Shown piece by piece: positions 47,018 through 57,347 of a stretch of 64,000 bases of DNA (positions within the stretch are counted from its first letter, which is position 1; each line of letters opens with the position of its first letter). The notes below the pieces were generated by a model. That model was not told the origin of the DNA. It worked only from the letters and a program-made list of their open reading frames with translations, and searched no databases. The DNA comes from Coraliomargarita sp. Its GTDB lineage: Bacteria > Verrucomicrobiota > Verrucomicrobiia > Opitutales > Coraliomargaritaceae. The position numbers were made by a program, and so were the translations under genes. The stretch lies in assembly GCA_965216325.1 (NCBI GenBank), contig OZ244160.1, positions 96,001 through 160,000 of the forward strand, in the 5' to 3' direction.

Positions 47018-47815
47018 TTATTCGTCTTCGATTGGAATGAAGTGCTTTTGTAGCCCGGGAATTGGGAGCTTGCCGAGCTTCTCTGTCCAGCGAACCTTGC
47101 GTATGAGCCTGTCCGGCCAGATGTGTGGATATGCTTTGGATGCCGCATGCTGCCTGTCGGCCTCTTTGAGTGAGCGATAGCGCTCACTTTTGGAGAGTTG
47201 GTTGGGGTGTTGCGTGTAGAGGTAGAGGACTTGAGGGATTAAGCCGAGTTTGAGCTTCTTGGCCACGGCTCGTGCCCAGAAGTCTTTGTCGCCGGCGATC
47301 TGGAAGGTCGTGTCGAAGTTGCCGAAGCTGCTTGCCAATTCCCGCTTCCACGCAAAGAAGGCACCCGGGCGTGGTTGCAGTGCGAGTGGTTTGAGACGCT
47401 TGGGCGCCCAGTTGTCCCGCTTAGGGTCTTCCAGTTTCTGTTTCGCGATCAGTACCGAACCGAGGTCCCAGTTGTGTGTGCCCATCTGCTCGATGGTGAT
47501 CTCCAGTAGCCGCGGGTGCATGGCATCGTCCATGTTGGAAATGCACACCAAGGGCGCGCTGGCTTCGCTCCACCCTAGGTTCCACGCTTCATAGAGCGTG
47601 AGCCGCTCGTCGCGTGTGACTAGACGGCAGTTCGGGCGTTGCTCACAGTAAGGTTCTAGCAACTCACGTTCGCGCTCCGGCGAACCGGTTTCTAAAAATA
47701 GAAATTCTGCGTCCTTGAATGCGGTTTGTGCTTCGATCTCAGCCGTTTTTTTGGCGATGTAATCACGATCATTGAAGGTGCTGATGAGCACCGTGATTTT
47801 AGGCTGAAATGACAT
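47018..47815 (-). CDS. glycosyltransferase family 2
   Basis: ITVLISTFN, LYEAWNLG, ISNMDD and FQIAGDKDFW motifs. Confidence 0.85.
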   Translation of the reverse strand: MSFQPKITVLISTFNDRDYIAKKTAEIEAQTAFKDAEFLFLETGSPERERELLEPYCEQRPNCRLVTRDERLTLYEAWNLGWSEASAPLVCISNMDDAMHPRLLEITIEQMGTHNWDLGSVLIAKQKLEDPKRDNWAPKRLKPLALQPRPGAFFAWKRELASSFGNFDTTFQIAGDKDFWARAVAKKLKLGLIPQVLYLYTQHPNQLSKSERYRSLKEADRQHAASKAYPHIWPDRLIRKVRWTEKLGKLPIPGLQKHFIPIEDE

Positions 47816-47873
47816 GGGCGAATTTAGAGATGAGCATTGCGGGATCGGAGATCTTGTGTCTTAAGGTCGCAAC

Positions 47874-48992
47874 GTGAAAGTATCCTTTGTGTTGTATGAT
47901 TATTTCCCTTTTGGGGGCTTGCAAGAAGACTGTGTCTTGACGGCACGGGCGATGCAAGCGCGCGGGCACGACGTGGAGATCGTTACGCGCACATGGAAAG
48001 GCACTCCTCCCAAGGAGCTAGACGTTCAACTACTTGGGCGACGTGGTGGCACGAATACGCTGCGTAATGTGAATTTCTTTAAGGATTTAGACGGCTACTT
48101 TGACGCAAATCCGACCGATTGTGTGGTCGCGTTTAACCGCATTCCGAACTGCGATGTTTATTTCTCGGCTGACCCCTGCTATCTGGTAAAGGTTGAGGAT
48201 AAGCCCTTTTGGTATTTTTGGACAGCACGGCATCGGCATTATCGAGATGCTGAAGCTGCAATGTTTGCCAATCCGGATAAGCCAGAGATATACTGTCTCA
48301 CGCAGCGTGAAATTGACACCTATCATGAGCGTTATGGGACGCCGTTGGAGCGCTTTCATCTGCTTCCACCGGGTGTGGCACGTGTGGGGCGCCCGATTGA
48401 AGATAAGGCATCGATTCGAACTGCGTTGAGGTCGGAGCTTGGAGTTGCTGAGGAACAGATTGTGGCGCTATTTGTGGGCTCGGACTATAAACGCAAGGGG
48501 GTGATGCGAAACCTTGAAGCCTTGAAGGCGCTTAAGGATGAAGGCCAAACTGTTGAATTATGGGTATTAGGAGCTGATAAGCCTGACTCCTACGAAGCGT
48601 ATGCGCAGCAGCATGGTCTAGCGGTTCGCTTCTTTGGTGGGCGTTCAGATGTTGCGCGATTCTATGATGCTGCAGACTTCATGCTGCATCCTGCTCATAG
48701 TGAATCTGCGGGGAAGGTGCTTCTAGAGGCGCTCACATACGGTCTCCCGGTAGTCGTCTCCGGTGTGTGTGGCTACTCTAAGGAAGTGGGCGAGGCCGGT
48801 GGAGTTGTGGTGGCTGAGCCCTTTGAGCAATCCGCATTTAATCGAATTGTGTCGCAGCTAGCGAGTGATGCAGATCTACGGGACAAGCTGAGTGCAGCGG
48901 CTTTGGGCTATGCGGATAAAGCCGATATTTACAGCTGCACAGAGCGATTTGCTGAAGCGATCGAGCAAAGCTATGAATCGCTCCAGCAGTAG
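47874..48992 (+). CDS. waaG: GT4 glycosyltransferase, WaaG/RfaG-like
   Basis: YDYFPFGGLQ, LLPPG, FVGSDYKRKG, GGRSDV and HPAHSESAGKVLLEA motifs. Confidence 0.8.
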   Translation: MKVSFVLYDYFPFGGLQEDCVLTARAMQARGHDVEIVTRTWKGTPPKELDVQLLGRRGGTNTLRNVNFFKDLDGYFDANPTDCVVAFNRIPNCDVYFSADPCYLVKVEDKPFWYFWTARHRHYRDAEAAMFANPDKPEIYCLTQREIDTYHERYGTPLERFHLLPPGVARVGRPIEDKASIRTALRSELGVAEEQIVALFVGSDYKRKGVMRNLEALKALKDEGQTVELWVLGADKPDSYEAYAQQHGLAVRFFGGRSDVARFYDAADFMLHPAHSESAGKVLLEALTYGLPVVVSGVCGYSKEVGEAGGVVVAEPFEQSAFNRIVSQLASDADLRDKLSAAALGYADKADIYSCTERFAEAIEQSYESLQQ

Positions 48993-49016
48993 TGCTTGAT
49001 TGAAAGACGCGCTTAC

Positions 49017-50066
49017 TTATGCTGGACGCTCTGAGTCGGTGTAAACGCCTTGCCCAGTTTCTTTGATGAGTCGTTCGTGTTCGGCTAGTTTCAGGTCGGC
49101 GTCCGTCATGATTTTGACGAGCTCTTTGAATTTAACCTTGGGTTCCCAACCAATCTGCTTCTTGAGCTTGCCTGGGTTTCCAATGAGTAGGTCGACTTCT
49201 GCTGGGCGTTCGTAGTTTTTATCGTATTCAACATATTGTTCCCAATCAAGGTCAAGGAGGCCGAAGGTTTCTTTAACGAATTCTTTTACGGTATGTGTTT
49301 CGCCTGTAGCGCAAACGTAGTCGTCGGGTTGATCTTGCTGCAGCATTAGCCACATGACTTCAACATACTCTTTAGCATAGCCCCAGTCGCGTTTTGCATC
49401 GAGGTTGCCCAAGTAGAGCTTCTCCTGTAGGCCCATTTTGATACGTGTAGCTGCGCGAGTTATTTTGCGGGTAACGAAATTCTCACCGCGACGGGGCGAT
49501 TCATGGTTGAAGAGGATGCCACTGCTGGCGTGCATGTTGTAGGACTCTCGATAATTGACCGTTAGCCAATGTGCATAGACCTTTGCGCAGCCGTAGGGCG
49601 AGCGAGGCCAGAAAGGAGTGTTTTCGGTTTGAGGTATTTCTTGAACTTTTCCGAACATTTCGGAGGAGGATGCCTGATAATAACGGACTTTTTTGGACAA
49701 GCCTGCTTCACGAATTGCGTCCAATATCCGGACTGCGCCAAGGGCTGTGACATCACCCGTATATTCAGGGATGTCGAAGGAAATGCGAACGTGACTTTGG
49801 GCTGCGAGATTGTAGATCTCGTCGGGTTGGAGTTCGTAGAGGAGTTTGATCAGTCGTGTCGAATCGGCCATGTCTCCATAGTGGAGGTAGATATTCGGCC
49901 TTTCTTTGCTGAAGTGAGGATCGCTATACAAGTGGTCAATGCGACTGGTGTTAAATGTTGATCCGCGCCGAACAATGCCGTGAACCTCATAGCCTTTGTC
50001 TAATAGTAGTTCAGCGAGGTAAGAGCCGTCTTGTCCTGTGATCCCCGTGATTAGTGCTTTTTTCAT
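49017..50066 (-). CDS. gmd: GDP-mannose 4,6-dehydratase
   Basis: [45 protein letters not shown] and [10 protein letters not shown] motifs. Confidence 0.97.
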   Translation of the reverse strand: MKKALITGITGQDGSYLAELLLDKGYEVHGIVRRGSTFNTSRIDHLYSDPHFSKERPNIYLHYGDMADSTRLIKLLYELQPDEIYNLAAQSHVRISFDIPEYTGDVTALGAVRILDAIREAGLSKKVRYYQASSSEMFGKVQEIPQTENTPFWPRSPYGCAKVYAHWLTVNYRESYNMHASSGILFNHESPRRGENFVTRKITRAATRIKMGLQEKLYLGNLDAKRDWGYAKEYVEVMWLMLQQDQPDDYVCATGETHTVKEFVKETFGLLDLDWEQYVEYDKNYERPAEVDLLIGNPGKLKKQIGWEPKVKFKELVKIMTDADLKLAEHERLIKETGQGVYTDSERPA

Positions 50067-50130
50067 GTGCTGTAGATTTTGTGTTACTCTGGCTTCTTGC
50101 GGTATCCTGCTTATTCGATGCAGTTCTAGA

Positions 50131-51294
50131 TTAGAGTTGGCTAGTTGATTGAGCCACCTCGAGGAACTTGTCGCAGACGTAATTCACGCCCGTTTCGGTT
50201 AAATTGTGGTGGTTTGGCAGATACATTCCATAGTCGTGAACGTGATTTGCCACCGGAAGTTGACTCTCCCCATATCGCTGAGTCCAGAACGGATGGCGAC
50301 CAATGTTTCCGCAGATGAGTGGACGGGATTCGATGCCGTTTTCGCGAAGGTGCTCGTATACTTCCATGCGGTTGTTGACGAGTGTGCCGTAGGCGAACGA
50401 AGAGATGACCTGAGTGTTGCTGGTCTGGCAGAAGAAGTCGCCGAGTCGCTCTTTGTAGAGCTGGAAGTTTCGCTCTCTGGTTTGAGTGATTTCTGGGATT
50501 TTGTCGACTTGGCCGCACCCTATGAAAGCTTGCAAGTCGGTTGAGCGAAGGTTGAAGCCAGGGTGGTAGAATGTGTATAGGTTTCTGAACTCATCTACTT
50601 TGTGCGCCGCGGTTAGTCGATCGCGCTCTTCTGTAGGCAGATCTCTTGACCAACCATGGGAGCGCAAGGAAAGCATTACGTGATATAGGTCGCGATTGTT
50701 AGTCGTTACCATCCCACCCTCAATTGTAGAAATGTGGTGGCCATAGTAGAATGAGAACGATGCTGCTTCGGATAAGTTACCTAGCTTTCTGCCCAACGCC
50801 TCGCTTCCGAGTGCCTCGCAGGCGTCTTCAATCAGTATAACATCGTATTTATCGCAAAGTGCTTGTATCTCCTGCATCTGATTTGCATGACCCAAAACGT
50901 GCACAAGGATCGCGAAGGCAGGTTCTTCTTCTTTGCAGAGCCTTTCAAACTCAGCCAAGTCTAGTCCCAAATCATTGCGATCACATTCACAGAGGGAGAT
51001 TTCAAAACCAAGCTGGATGAGTGGAGAGACGGTAGTAACCCATGATACCGCAGGGGCAATAACCTTATTGTTCTTCAGCAGTCCTGCTTCCTTAAGGCCG
51101 TAAATCATCATTAAATTCGCCGACGAGCCACTATTTGTATAGATCGCGTAATCGGTCCCGATGTAGTCTTTGAAACGGTTTTCGAATTTGATGGTTTCTT
51201 CTGCTTTTGTTAAGCGGTTGCCTGCTTGGATCCAAGTGCAGAGATTGTTGAGCTCGGCTTGCGAGATTGTATCCTCGGCGAGTGTAATTTTCAT
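50131..51294 (-). CDS. DegT/DnrJ-family PLP enzyme, ColD-like GDP-4-keto-6-deoxymannose 3-dehydratase
   Basis: NSGSSAN, PAVSW, EDACE and RSHGW motifs; [14 protein letters not shown] has His where aminotransferases have the Schiff-base Lys. Confidence 0.8.
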   Translation of the reverse strand: MKITLAEDTISQAELNNLCTWIQAGNRLTKAEETIKFENRFKDYIGTDYAIYTNSGSSANLMMIYGLKEAGLLKNNKVIAPAVSWVTTVSPLIQLGFEISLCECDRNDLGLDLAEFERLCKEEEPAFAILVHVLGHANQMQEIQALCDKYDVILIEDACEALGSEALGRKLGNLSEAASFSFYYGHHISTIEGGMVTTNNRDLYHVMLSLRSHGWSRDLPTEERDRLTAAHKVDEFRNLYTFYHPGFNLRSTDLQAFIGCGQVDKIPEITQTRERNFQLYKERLGDFFCQTSNTQVISSFAYGTLVNNRMEVYEHLRENGIESRPLICGNIGRHPFWTQRYGESQLPVANHVHDYGMYLPNHHNLTETGVNYVCDKFLEVAQSTSQL

Positions 51295-51321
51295 CGTATG
51301 GAATAAAGTTAAGTCGTTTTG

Positions 51322-52104
51322 TTATTTAAAAAATCTGGATAGACGCCGTTTGCGTTGTATCCATTTCAGATCTTTGTAGTAGGCTTTGACGTCCTGATAC
51401 GCTGCTTTTATTTTTGCACGCTTTTCGTTGTCTGCGCGTGCACTCATCGTAATTGAGTCAGCATGGGCTCGGAAGCAGGTGAGGGGCTCTTTGATATAGC
51501 CATATCTGGGATAGCGTAGGAGGCAAAGCAATGTGGCAAAGGCGTCGGGCCCAACTCCGTGATAATGTGCGTTGCCGAGCGGGAGATTTCCTTGGTAGAT
51601 CGCATCGATGAGGTCCTGCTTTCGATAAAGGGCTGCGCCGGGTGAGATCAGGCGCTTGAGGACATACTTTTCAATCATCTTGGTCGGGAAAATTCCGGAT
51701 TCTTGGTTTACACTGTTGAATGCGAGTTCGGATTCGCCGGTATCAGTGTTGACGACTCTAGCGGTGCTAAACGCAAAGCCAACATCCGGCTCCATTAGCT
51801 GAACCAGCTCTTCAATATAGCTTGGTTCCAGCCAGTCGTCGTCGTATTGCAGGTGAACGTAGTCACCCTGCGCCCGAATAACTCCGTCTAGCCAGCAAAA
51901 GTGGGGCCCGAAGTCGGTCTCGGATTTTATGTAGCGGATGCGATTACCGTAGCTCGCAACGACATCGTCAGTTGTATCTGTGCTGCCATGGTTGACTACA
52001 ATGATCTCGCAATCGTATGTTTGTGCTAAGCAGCTATCAATCGCTTCAGAGAGAATGTCTGCACGATTGAATGTCGGTATGACTATGGTAACGGATGCTG
52101 TCAT
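51322..52104 (-). CDS. glycosyltransferase family 2
   Basis: VTIVIPTFNR, SCLAQT, VVNHGSTD and LQYDDD motifs. Confidence 0.88.
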   Translation of the reverse strand: MTASVTIVIPTFNRADILSEAIDSCLAQTYDCEIIVVNHGSTDTTDDVVASYGNRIRYIKSETDFGPHFCWLDGVIRAQGDYVHLQYDDDWLEPSYIEELVQLMEPDVGFAFSTARVVNTDTGESELAFNSVNQESGIFPTKMIEKYVLKRLISPGAALYRKQDLIDAIYQGNLPLGNAHYHGVGPDAFATLLCLLRYPRYGYIKEPLTCFRAHADSITMSARADNEKRAKIKAAYQDVKAYYKDLKWIQRKRRLSRFFK

Positions 52105-52886
52105 TGCTTGGGTAAAGAGTTATACTTTTCGACGTCTGCTATTAGGTGATTTGGTTGGCCTTTTGCTACGATGTCTAGTTGCACTGAGCTAAGGTTTTGA
52201 ACGAAATCTTTGATCTGAGTTCCTATGCCACTGCCAATATTGTAGATGCCCTCGGCGCCATTACTGATTAGATTAGCACATTTTTGGGCAATATTTTCAG
52301 CTGAACAGATGTCTCTTGAACTGTGTGCACCATATAGTTCAAAGGGCTGCCTTAGGTCTTCATTTTCGAGGCGAGCTTTGATTGATGGGTATAAGAATGG
52401 AGGCTGTTGTCGTTCATCGTAGAAGCTGAAGATACGACCTGCTGTGTATGGTATGCCTGCTGACTGGCAAATGTCCTGTGCTATTTGCTCAGCATGCAGC
52501 TTTGTGCGCCCATACAAGCTCGACGCGCCTAGGGGATCGGATTCCTTGATGGGGGTATCTTGGGGCGTGTATACATGGCTGCTGGATGCATAAAAGAAGT
52601 GAGGCTGTTTTTTTTGCTCAAGCAATGCGTTCAGAAGGTTAATTGTGCCGCATACGTTGACTGCATAGGCTTGTGCGGGAGCAGCCTCGACATCCTTAAC
52701 CGGGACCATTGCTGCGAAATGTGCAACTGTGTCGAATCTCCTGGCCGCGCATTGTTTGAGCACATTTTCCTGGTCCAGTAGGTTGCCTTTGAAGCAAGCC
52801 ACTGAGTGGCCCTGCTCTTGGAGGCAATTCAATACGTGGGAGCCTAAGACTCCAGTCGAGCCAGTGAGTAGAATCGATTTAGGCAT
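52101..52886 (-). CDS. NAD-dependent epimerase/reductase (extended SDR)
   Basis: TGSTGVLG, HFAA, ASSSHVY and YGRTK (YxxxK) motifs. Confidence 0.88.
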   Translation of the reverse strand: MPKSILLTGSTGVLGSHVLNCLQEQGHSVACFKGNLLDQENVLKQCAARRFDTVAHFAAMVPVKDVEAAPAQAYAVNVCGTINLLNALLEQKKQPHFFYASSSHVYTPQDTPIKESDPLGASSLYGRTKLHAEQIAQDICQSAGIPYTAGRIFSFYDERQQPPFLYPSIKARLENEDLRQPFELYGAHSSRDICSAENIAQKCANLISNGAEGIYNIGSGIGTQIKDFVQNLSSVQLDIVAKGQPNHLIADVEKYNSLPKQ

Positions 52887-52887
52887 T

Positions 52888-53877
52888 TTAAGAAAGGTTG
52901 ATGAGTCGGGGTTCGTTGGGAGCGCTCTGCCTTTTGGGGCGAGGTAGTTCTCTCTTGTGAGCTAAGTTTAATCTACTATAGACTTGATGTATTACGTGCT
53001 GGTATTTTCTGCGGCGGTAAAGACAGTTTTTGAGTTGGAGATTGCTGTAGTTGGTATCAACTGACGTCGATGGCGCACCTTTAATTTGCGGGGGAAGCTT
53101 GTCGTGTGGGATATTTGCTTGCAGGCTATGGGTATTGGCCGTGAGGGTGGAGTCTTCTCCGAAGCCAATGTTGCTAATCAGATTAAATGTCGGAGATATA
53201 CAGTGCCCTTTGATATTGAAGGTGTGGCATACATACGGGTAGTCCCATGTGCTGGTCTCGCCCTTGTATGCTTTTTCCATGCGCTTTATTAATCTTCCCA
53301 GTGGCTTCGAATTAGATGGGGCATGGAGTTTCAGTTGTTCTTTTATCTTCGGCCAATCCGACATGCTTAAGTCAAATGTCTGCCAGGTGTTTCTCCAAGT
53401 CGCCCAGCCCCAAATTATCGGTAAGTTGCTGACGTAGTAGCTGACCTTGGGATTGGTGGGGCGGACGAAGGCAGTTCCGCTTATATGTGTGATTGTCGGA
53501 TCTGAAGCATAACGATCACGTATAGTGTCTATGAAACGGAAGAAATCATTTGATGGGTAGCAGTCATCTTCGAGGATGATTGCAAATTCATATTTCTTGA
53601 AAGCGTTTGATATCCCGCTGTAAATACGCTGGCGACAGCCTAAGTTGCTTTCGGCGTAGTCCAGTGTGATTTCGCAGTCCCAAGTGACGTTCTCTGCGAT
53701 TTGACGCGCGGCTTTGCAGAGTTCTGCTTCGCCATCTTTGTCGGGGCGTGGTGCATCGGCTACAATGTATAGGGCCGGGGGGCGAGCTTGAGCAATCTGT
53801 TCAAATACGCGCCGAGTCGTGGTTGGGCGGTTGAAAATACAAAATACAACCGGACTGTCTGTTTGGTAAGTGCCCAT
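52888..53877 (-). CDS. nucleotide-diphospho-sugar transferase (GT-A fold)
   Basis: FCIFNRP, VADAPR, NLGC, IILEDDC, IWGWATW and NLISNIGFG motifs. Confidence 0.8.
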   Translation of the reverse strand: MGTYQTDSPVVFCIFNRPTTTRRVFEQIAQARPPALYIVADAPRPDKDGEAELCKAARQIAENVTWDCEITLDYAESNLGCRQRIYSGISNAFKKYEFAIILEDDCYPSNDFFRFIDTIRDRYASDPTITHISGTAFVRPTNPKVSYYVSNLPIIWGWATWRNTWQTFDLSMSDWPKIKEQLKLHAPSNSKPLGRLIKRMEKAYKGETSTWDYPYVCHTFNIKGHCISPTFNLISNIGFGEDSTLTANTHSLQANIPHDKLPPQIKGAPSTSVDTNYSNLQLKNCLYRRRKYQHVIHQVYSRLNLAHKRELPRPKRQSAPNEPRLINLS

Positions 53878-53915
53878 TGAAACCTATTTTCTGACTAGAA
53901 GACGACCTCTGACTC

Positions 53916-54635
53916 TTATTTCAATCTGTAGCCAAGCAGGTCGAAGTCATCTCGATATCTGCTATAGATGCGTTGAAGGGTTGTTTCTGTGAGGGCAGTC
54001 TCTGATTGTGGTCGCTCCTTAGATTTATTTTTATGTGGAAGCTCAGGGAGTCCAAATCTTGTCTGCAGCAGTTTCCAGTCGTCGCTCAGCGTTTCGAATT
54101 TACCAATGAAGTTGCACACGGATTTGCCATCGACGTGGGTTAGTGTGTGTTGAGATTTGAAGTGTCGATCTGCAAATTTGTCGGGAACCTCGCAGATTAT
54201 TTTGACGAAGTCCTCGAAGCTGGTTTCACGCGTTATTCCGTAAATTTTGAAGCGGTCTTTATCTTTCGCATCGGCAGCGTCGAGCAGACGGTTCGTGTAA
54301 CACGATTGAATACGAGCAACAGGATGTCTCACGAAAGTGAATACGAAGTGATCCGGGCAGACTTTACGTATTTCGTGCGTATAATTGAAACGCTTGGTCG
54401 CATTATCTTTTTCTTCTACCAGAGTGTGTGTGATACTATCGTAGCCATTTATGGTCTGGCCTGTTTCGTCCTCAATCAAGTAGCGCGTGAGGGCCTCGCG
54501 GATTGAGCGCGTGCACACCTTGTAATTCTGAATGTAGCAGATCTTTTGCTCTGAAAGGTCCCATAGGTGTAGCCGTTTTTTGCTGAGTTTTGCAAGTTTC
54601 CGTTTGCGCTGTAAGGACTCAATGATGCTTCTCAT
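53916..54635 (-). CDS. sulfotransferase family 2 domain protein
   Basis: KVCTRSI (5'-PSB-like), FTFVRHPVARIQSCY (3'-PB), HFKSQ, FIGKFETL and YRDDFDLLGY motifs. Confidence 0.85.
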   Translation of the reverse strand: MRSIIESLQRKRKLAKLSKKRLHLWDLSEQKICYIQNYKVCTRSIREALTRYLIEDETGQTINGYDSITHTLVEEKDNATKRFNYTHEIRKVCPDHFVFTFVRHPVARIQSCYTNRLLDAADAKDKDRFKIYGITRETSFEDFVKIICEVPDKFADRHFKSQHTLTHVDGKSVCNFIGKFETLSDDWKLLQTRFGLPELPHKNKSKERPQSETALTETTLQRIYSRYRDDFDLLGYRLK

Positions 54636-54643
54636 CTGGGTTT

Positions 54644-56383
54644 CTAAAATTCAGGTGCGGTGGTTTTCTTAACGAGCACATTCTCCATAATAAGAAACTG
54701 AAGGTCGGAGCCGTAGAGCATGTTGAGGGCGTCGGTGGGGGAGCAGACCATGGGCTCACCGCGGCGATTCAATGAGGTGTTCAGGCAGACGCCGTGGCCA
54801 CGCAGGCGCTCCAGTTCTTTGATGAGGTCGTAATAGGGCTTGTTGGTGTCTTCGGTGACGATCTGAGCGCGGGCGGTGCCATCCTCATGCACGACTTCGG
54901 GTACACGGTCTTTCCAGTGCTCAGCCATGTCGAAGGTGAAGGTCATATACGGTGCCGGGTGGTCGGACTGGAGTAGGTCTTCGGCGACGGTGTCTAGCAT
55001 ACTGGGGCAGAACGGACGCCAGCGCTCGCGGTATTTAATCTGCTCGTTAATGCGGTCCGCCACGCCCGGGTAGCTTGGGTCTCCGAGGATACTACGGTTA
55101 CCGAGGGCGCGTGGGCCAAACTCCATGCGGCCTTGGAACCATGACAGTGGGTTGCCGGCGGCGAGAATTTGTGCACCGGTGATCGATGGCTGTTCTAGAA
55201 TTTCCCAAGTCGGCTTTTCCGGGTGGTTCTTACAGGCTTCGATGCAGTCATCCGTGCTATAAGCTGGGCCGAGGTAGGCGTGCTTTTGGGCCTGAATGGT
55301 GTCACCTGCTAGATGCGCGGCATAGGAGGCTGCGCCGATGGCAGTGCCGGAGTCGCTCGCTGCCGGTTGAACGAAGAGCTCGTTCACGTAAGGCAGGGCC
55401 ATGAGGCGCTGGTTGAGCTTTACGTTGAGCGCCACGCCACCCGCGAAAGCGAGCTTGCCGGTTTCTTCGAGAATATCCTTCAGGTAGTAGTCGACCAAGT
55501 GCAGTGCGACGTCTTCGAGCAGTTGCTGCATCGAAGCGGCGTAGTCGATGTAGGGATCGTCGATCTCGTCGCCTTGGCGCTTGGGTCCAAGCCAGTCGAT
55601 CAGTTCCGGACTGAAGTAGTAGCCCTTGCCGTTTTCCTTGTAGCGGCGGTTGCCGATGACGTTCACGAGCTTGGTGTTTACCTTGAAGTCGCCGTTGCCG
55701 TATTGGATCAGGCGGGAGAAATCGTATTTCTTCGGATCTCCATAGGGCGCCATGCCCATGACTTTGAATTCGCCGTCGAGCATCTCGAATCCGAGGAACT
55801 CGGTGAGCGCGCCGTAAACGCCGCCGAGTGAGTCGGGGTCGTAGAATTCTTTGATCTTATGGATCTTACCGTTTTCGGCGTAGCCGAAGAACGTGGTGGC
55901 GTATTCGCCTTTGCCGTCGATGCCGAGGATGGCGGTCTTTTCTTTGAAGCCGCTCAAGTGGTAGGCACTACTGGCGTGTGCCATGTGGTGCTCGACTGGC
56001 TGAAACTTGGTCTTCGTCATGTCGAAGCCGAGATCGTTCAGCATGGCGAGGGCGTGCTTCTTATTGCGTTTGAAGCGGCGGTTGCCGTTGAACAGGGCGG
56101 TGAGCACGCGGTCTGGGGCATACCAGTAGCGTTTGGCAAAGTGCCAGCGGTCGGGGCGGCTTAGGGAGATCGGAGCAAAGGGGTAGGCAACGATGTCGAT
56201 GTCTTCCGGCTTGAGGCCTGCTTGTTCGAGGCAAAATTTGGTCGCTTCGTGGCCTGCTTTGCCTTTGGCGTGCTTGTCGCGGATAAAGCGTTCTTCCTCT
56301 GCGGCAGCGATGAGCTCGCCATCGACAAAGATTGCGGTTGCAGGGTCGTGCCCCACGGCACCTCCGAGTCCTAGAATATTCAT
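54644..56383 (-). CDS. carbamoyltransferase (NodU/CmcH family; Pseudomonas WapO-like)
   Basis: HD, AAEEERF, EHHMAHA, DGKGE, GEFKVMGMAPYG, GGVALN, EFGPRALGNRS, RPFCPS and LNTSLN motifs. Confidence 0.93.
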   Translation of the reverse strand: MNILGLGGAVGHDPATAIFVDGELIAAAEEERFIRDKHAKGKAGHEATKFCLEQAGLKPEDIDIVAYPFAPISLSRPDRWHFAKRYWYAPDRVLTALFNGNRRFKRNKKHALAMLNDLGFDMTKTKFQPVEHHMAHASSAYHLSGFKEKTAILGIDGKGEYATTFFGYAENGKIHKIKEFYDPDSLGGVYGALTEFLGFEMLDGEFKVMGMAPYGDPKKYDFSRLIQYGNGDFKVNTKLVNVIGNRRYKENGKGYYFSPELIDWLGPKRQGDEIDDPYIDYAASMQQLLEDVALHLVDYYLKDILEETGKLAFAGGVALNVKLNQRLMALPYVNELFVQPAASDSGTAIGAASYAAHLAGDTIQAQKHAYLGPAYSTDDCIEACKNHPEKPTWEILEQPSITGAQILAAGNPLSWFQGRMEFGPRALGNRSILGDPSYPGVADRINEQIKYRERWRPFCPSMLDTVAEDLLQSDHPAPYMTFTFDMAEHWKDRVPEVVHEDGTARAQIVTEDTNKPYYDLIKELERLRGHGVCLNTSLNRRGEPMVCSPTDALNMLYGSDLQFLIMENVLVKKTTAPEF

Positions 56384-56455
56384 ATACTGCGTAGGTTGGT
56401 GGCTTGCGGGCTAAGGGCAAGTTTTCAAATTTGGGGACGAATTAAAACGTTTGCC

Positions 56456-56544
56456 GTAGATGCTCCACTTGTGGATGCATCCTTTCGAATCGGTGCATCC
56501 TCAAAGGGTTTGGCATGGCAGTGACGCACAAGTGAGCACGCTAC
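56456..56544. repeat. GTAG-type REP inverted doublet
   Basis: GTAGATGCTCCACTTGTGGATGCATC (56456-56481) and, on the minus strand, GTAGCGTGCTCACTTGTGCGTCAC (56544-56521); shared GTAG...CACTTGTG core. Confidence 0.65.
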
Positions 56545-56558
56545 GATCGCTCTGCCTC

Positions 56559-57347
56559 TTACATTTTCGGCGCGCCGCGCATTTTGCGGATGAGTTTCTG
56601 CTGCTCGTTGCTGAAGGTGTCTGTCTCAAAATACGCTTTCAAATAGTGGAGTTTGTCGGCATCGCTGAGTTCAGGTGTGTGACGTAGGAAATGAGAGCTG
56701 TCTTTGACGGTGCGACGGCCGAGGCCGATGCGTTTACGGGTCTTTTCGAGGTCGATGACGCGCACATCGAAGCCATTGTCGCTGCGTGGGCGGACAAATA
56801 TGTGTTTGGCAGAAAAGCACATGTGGATCCAGCCGGCTTGGTTGATGCGGCGCGAAGTTGCAGCAATGGCACTGAGTGCTTGGTGCAGAGTCGCTTGGTC
56901 CGGCTTGGGTAGCTTGGCTTTGCCGTCTTGCCAGTCGCGCAGCAGGTGCCAGCCATCGAGCGCTTCGGTGACTAGTATCGAGCCTTTGTTGCCGTCCTTC
57001 GTCCACTTTGCGAACATCAATACTTCGGGGATCTCCGGGCAGGCTGGCCGGAGCGCAGTCATTGCCGCGTATTCGCGCTCGAAGGTCAGGCGTTTTCGAA
57101 AGCCGGTATTGGGCGCGATGTAGAAGTGATTTTGCTGGATTTTGAGGAAGACTGCTTTCTGCTCTGGTTGTGGGGCATCCGGGTTCAGCACGATGCGAGT
57201 AACGCCACTCCAGCCTCCACGGCGCTTGTTGGGGGTCTCAAACCAGTCGAACTCACGCTCAGTCACTGCTTCAATGTTGAGTAGCCCGGCGGCTTCGAGG
57301 GCGTTGCGCCAGTCTTTGGCTACTTCGAGTTGTTTAGTTTGAAACAT
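56559..57347 (-). CDS. InaA/WapQ-like LPS kinase
   Basis: WFETPNKRRGGWSGV, FLKIQ, LVTEAL, HMCFSAKHIFV and IDLEK motifs. Confidence 0.85.
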   Translation of the reverse strand: MFQTKQLEVAKDWRNALEAAGLLNIEAVTEREFDWFETPNKRRGGWSGVTRIVLNPDAPQPEQKAVFLKIQQNHFYIAPNTGFRKRLTFEREYAAMTALRPACPEIPEVLMFAKWTKDGNKGSILVTEALDGWHLLRDWQDGKAKLPKPDQATLHQALSAIAATSRRINQAGWIHMCFSAKHIFVRPRSDNGFDVRVIDLEKTRKRIGLGRRTVKDSSHFLRHTPELSDADKLHYLKAYFETDTFSNEQQKLIRKMRGAPKM

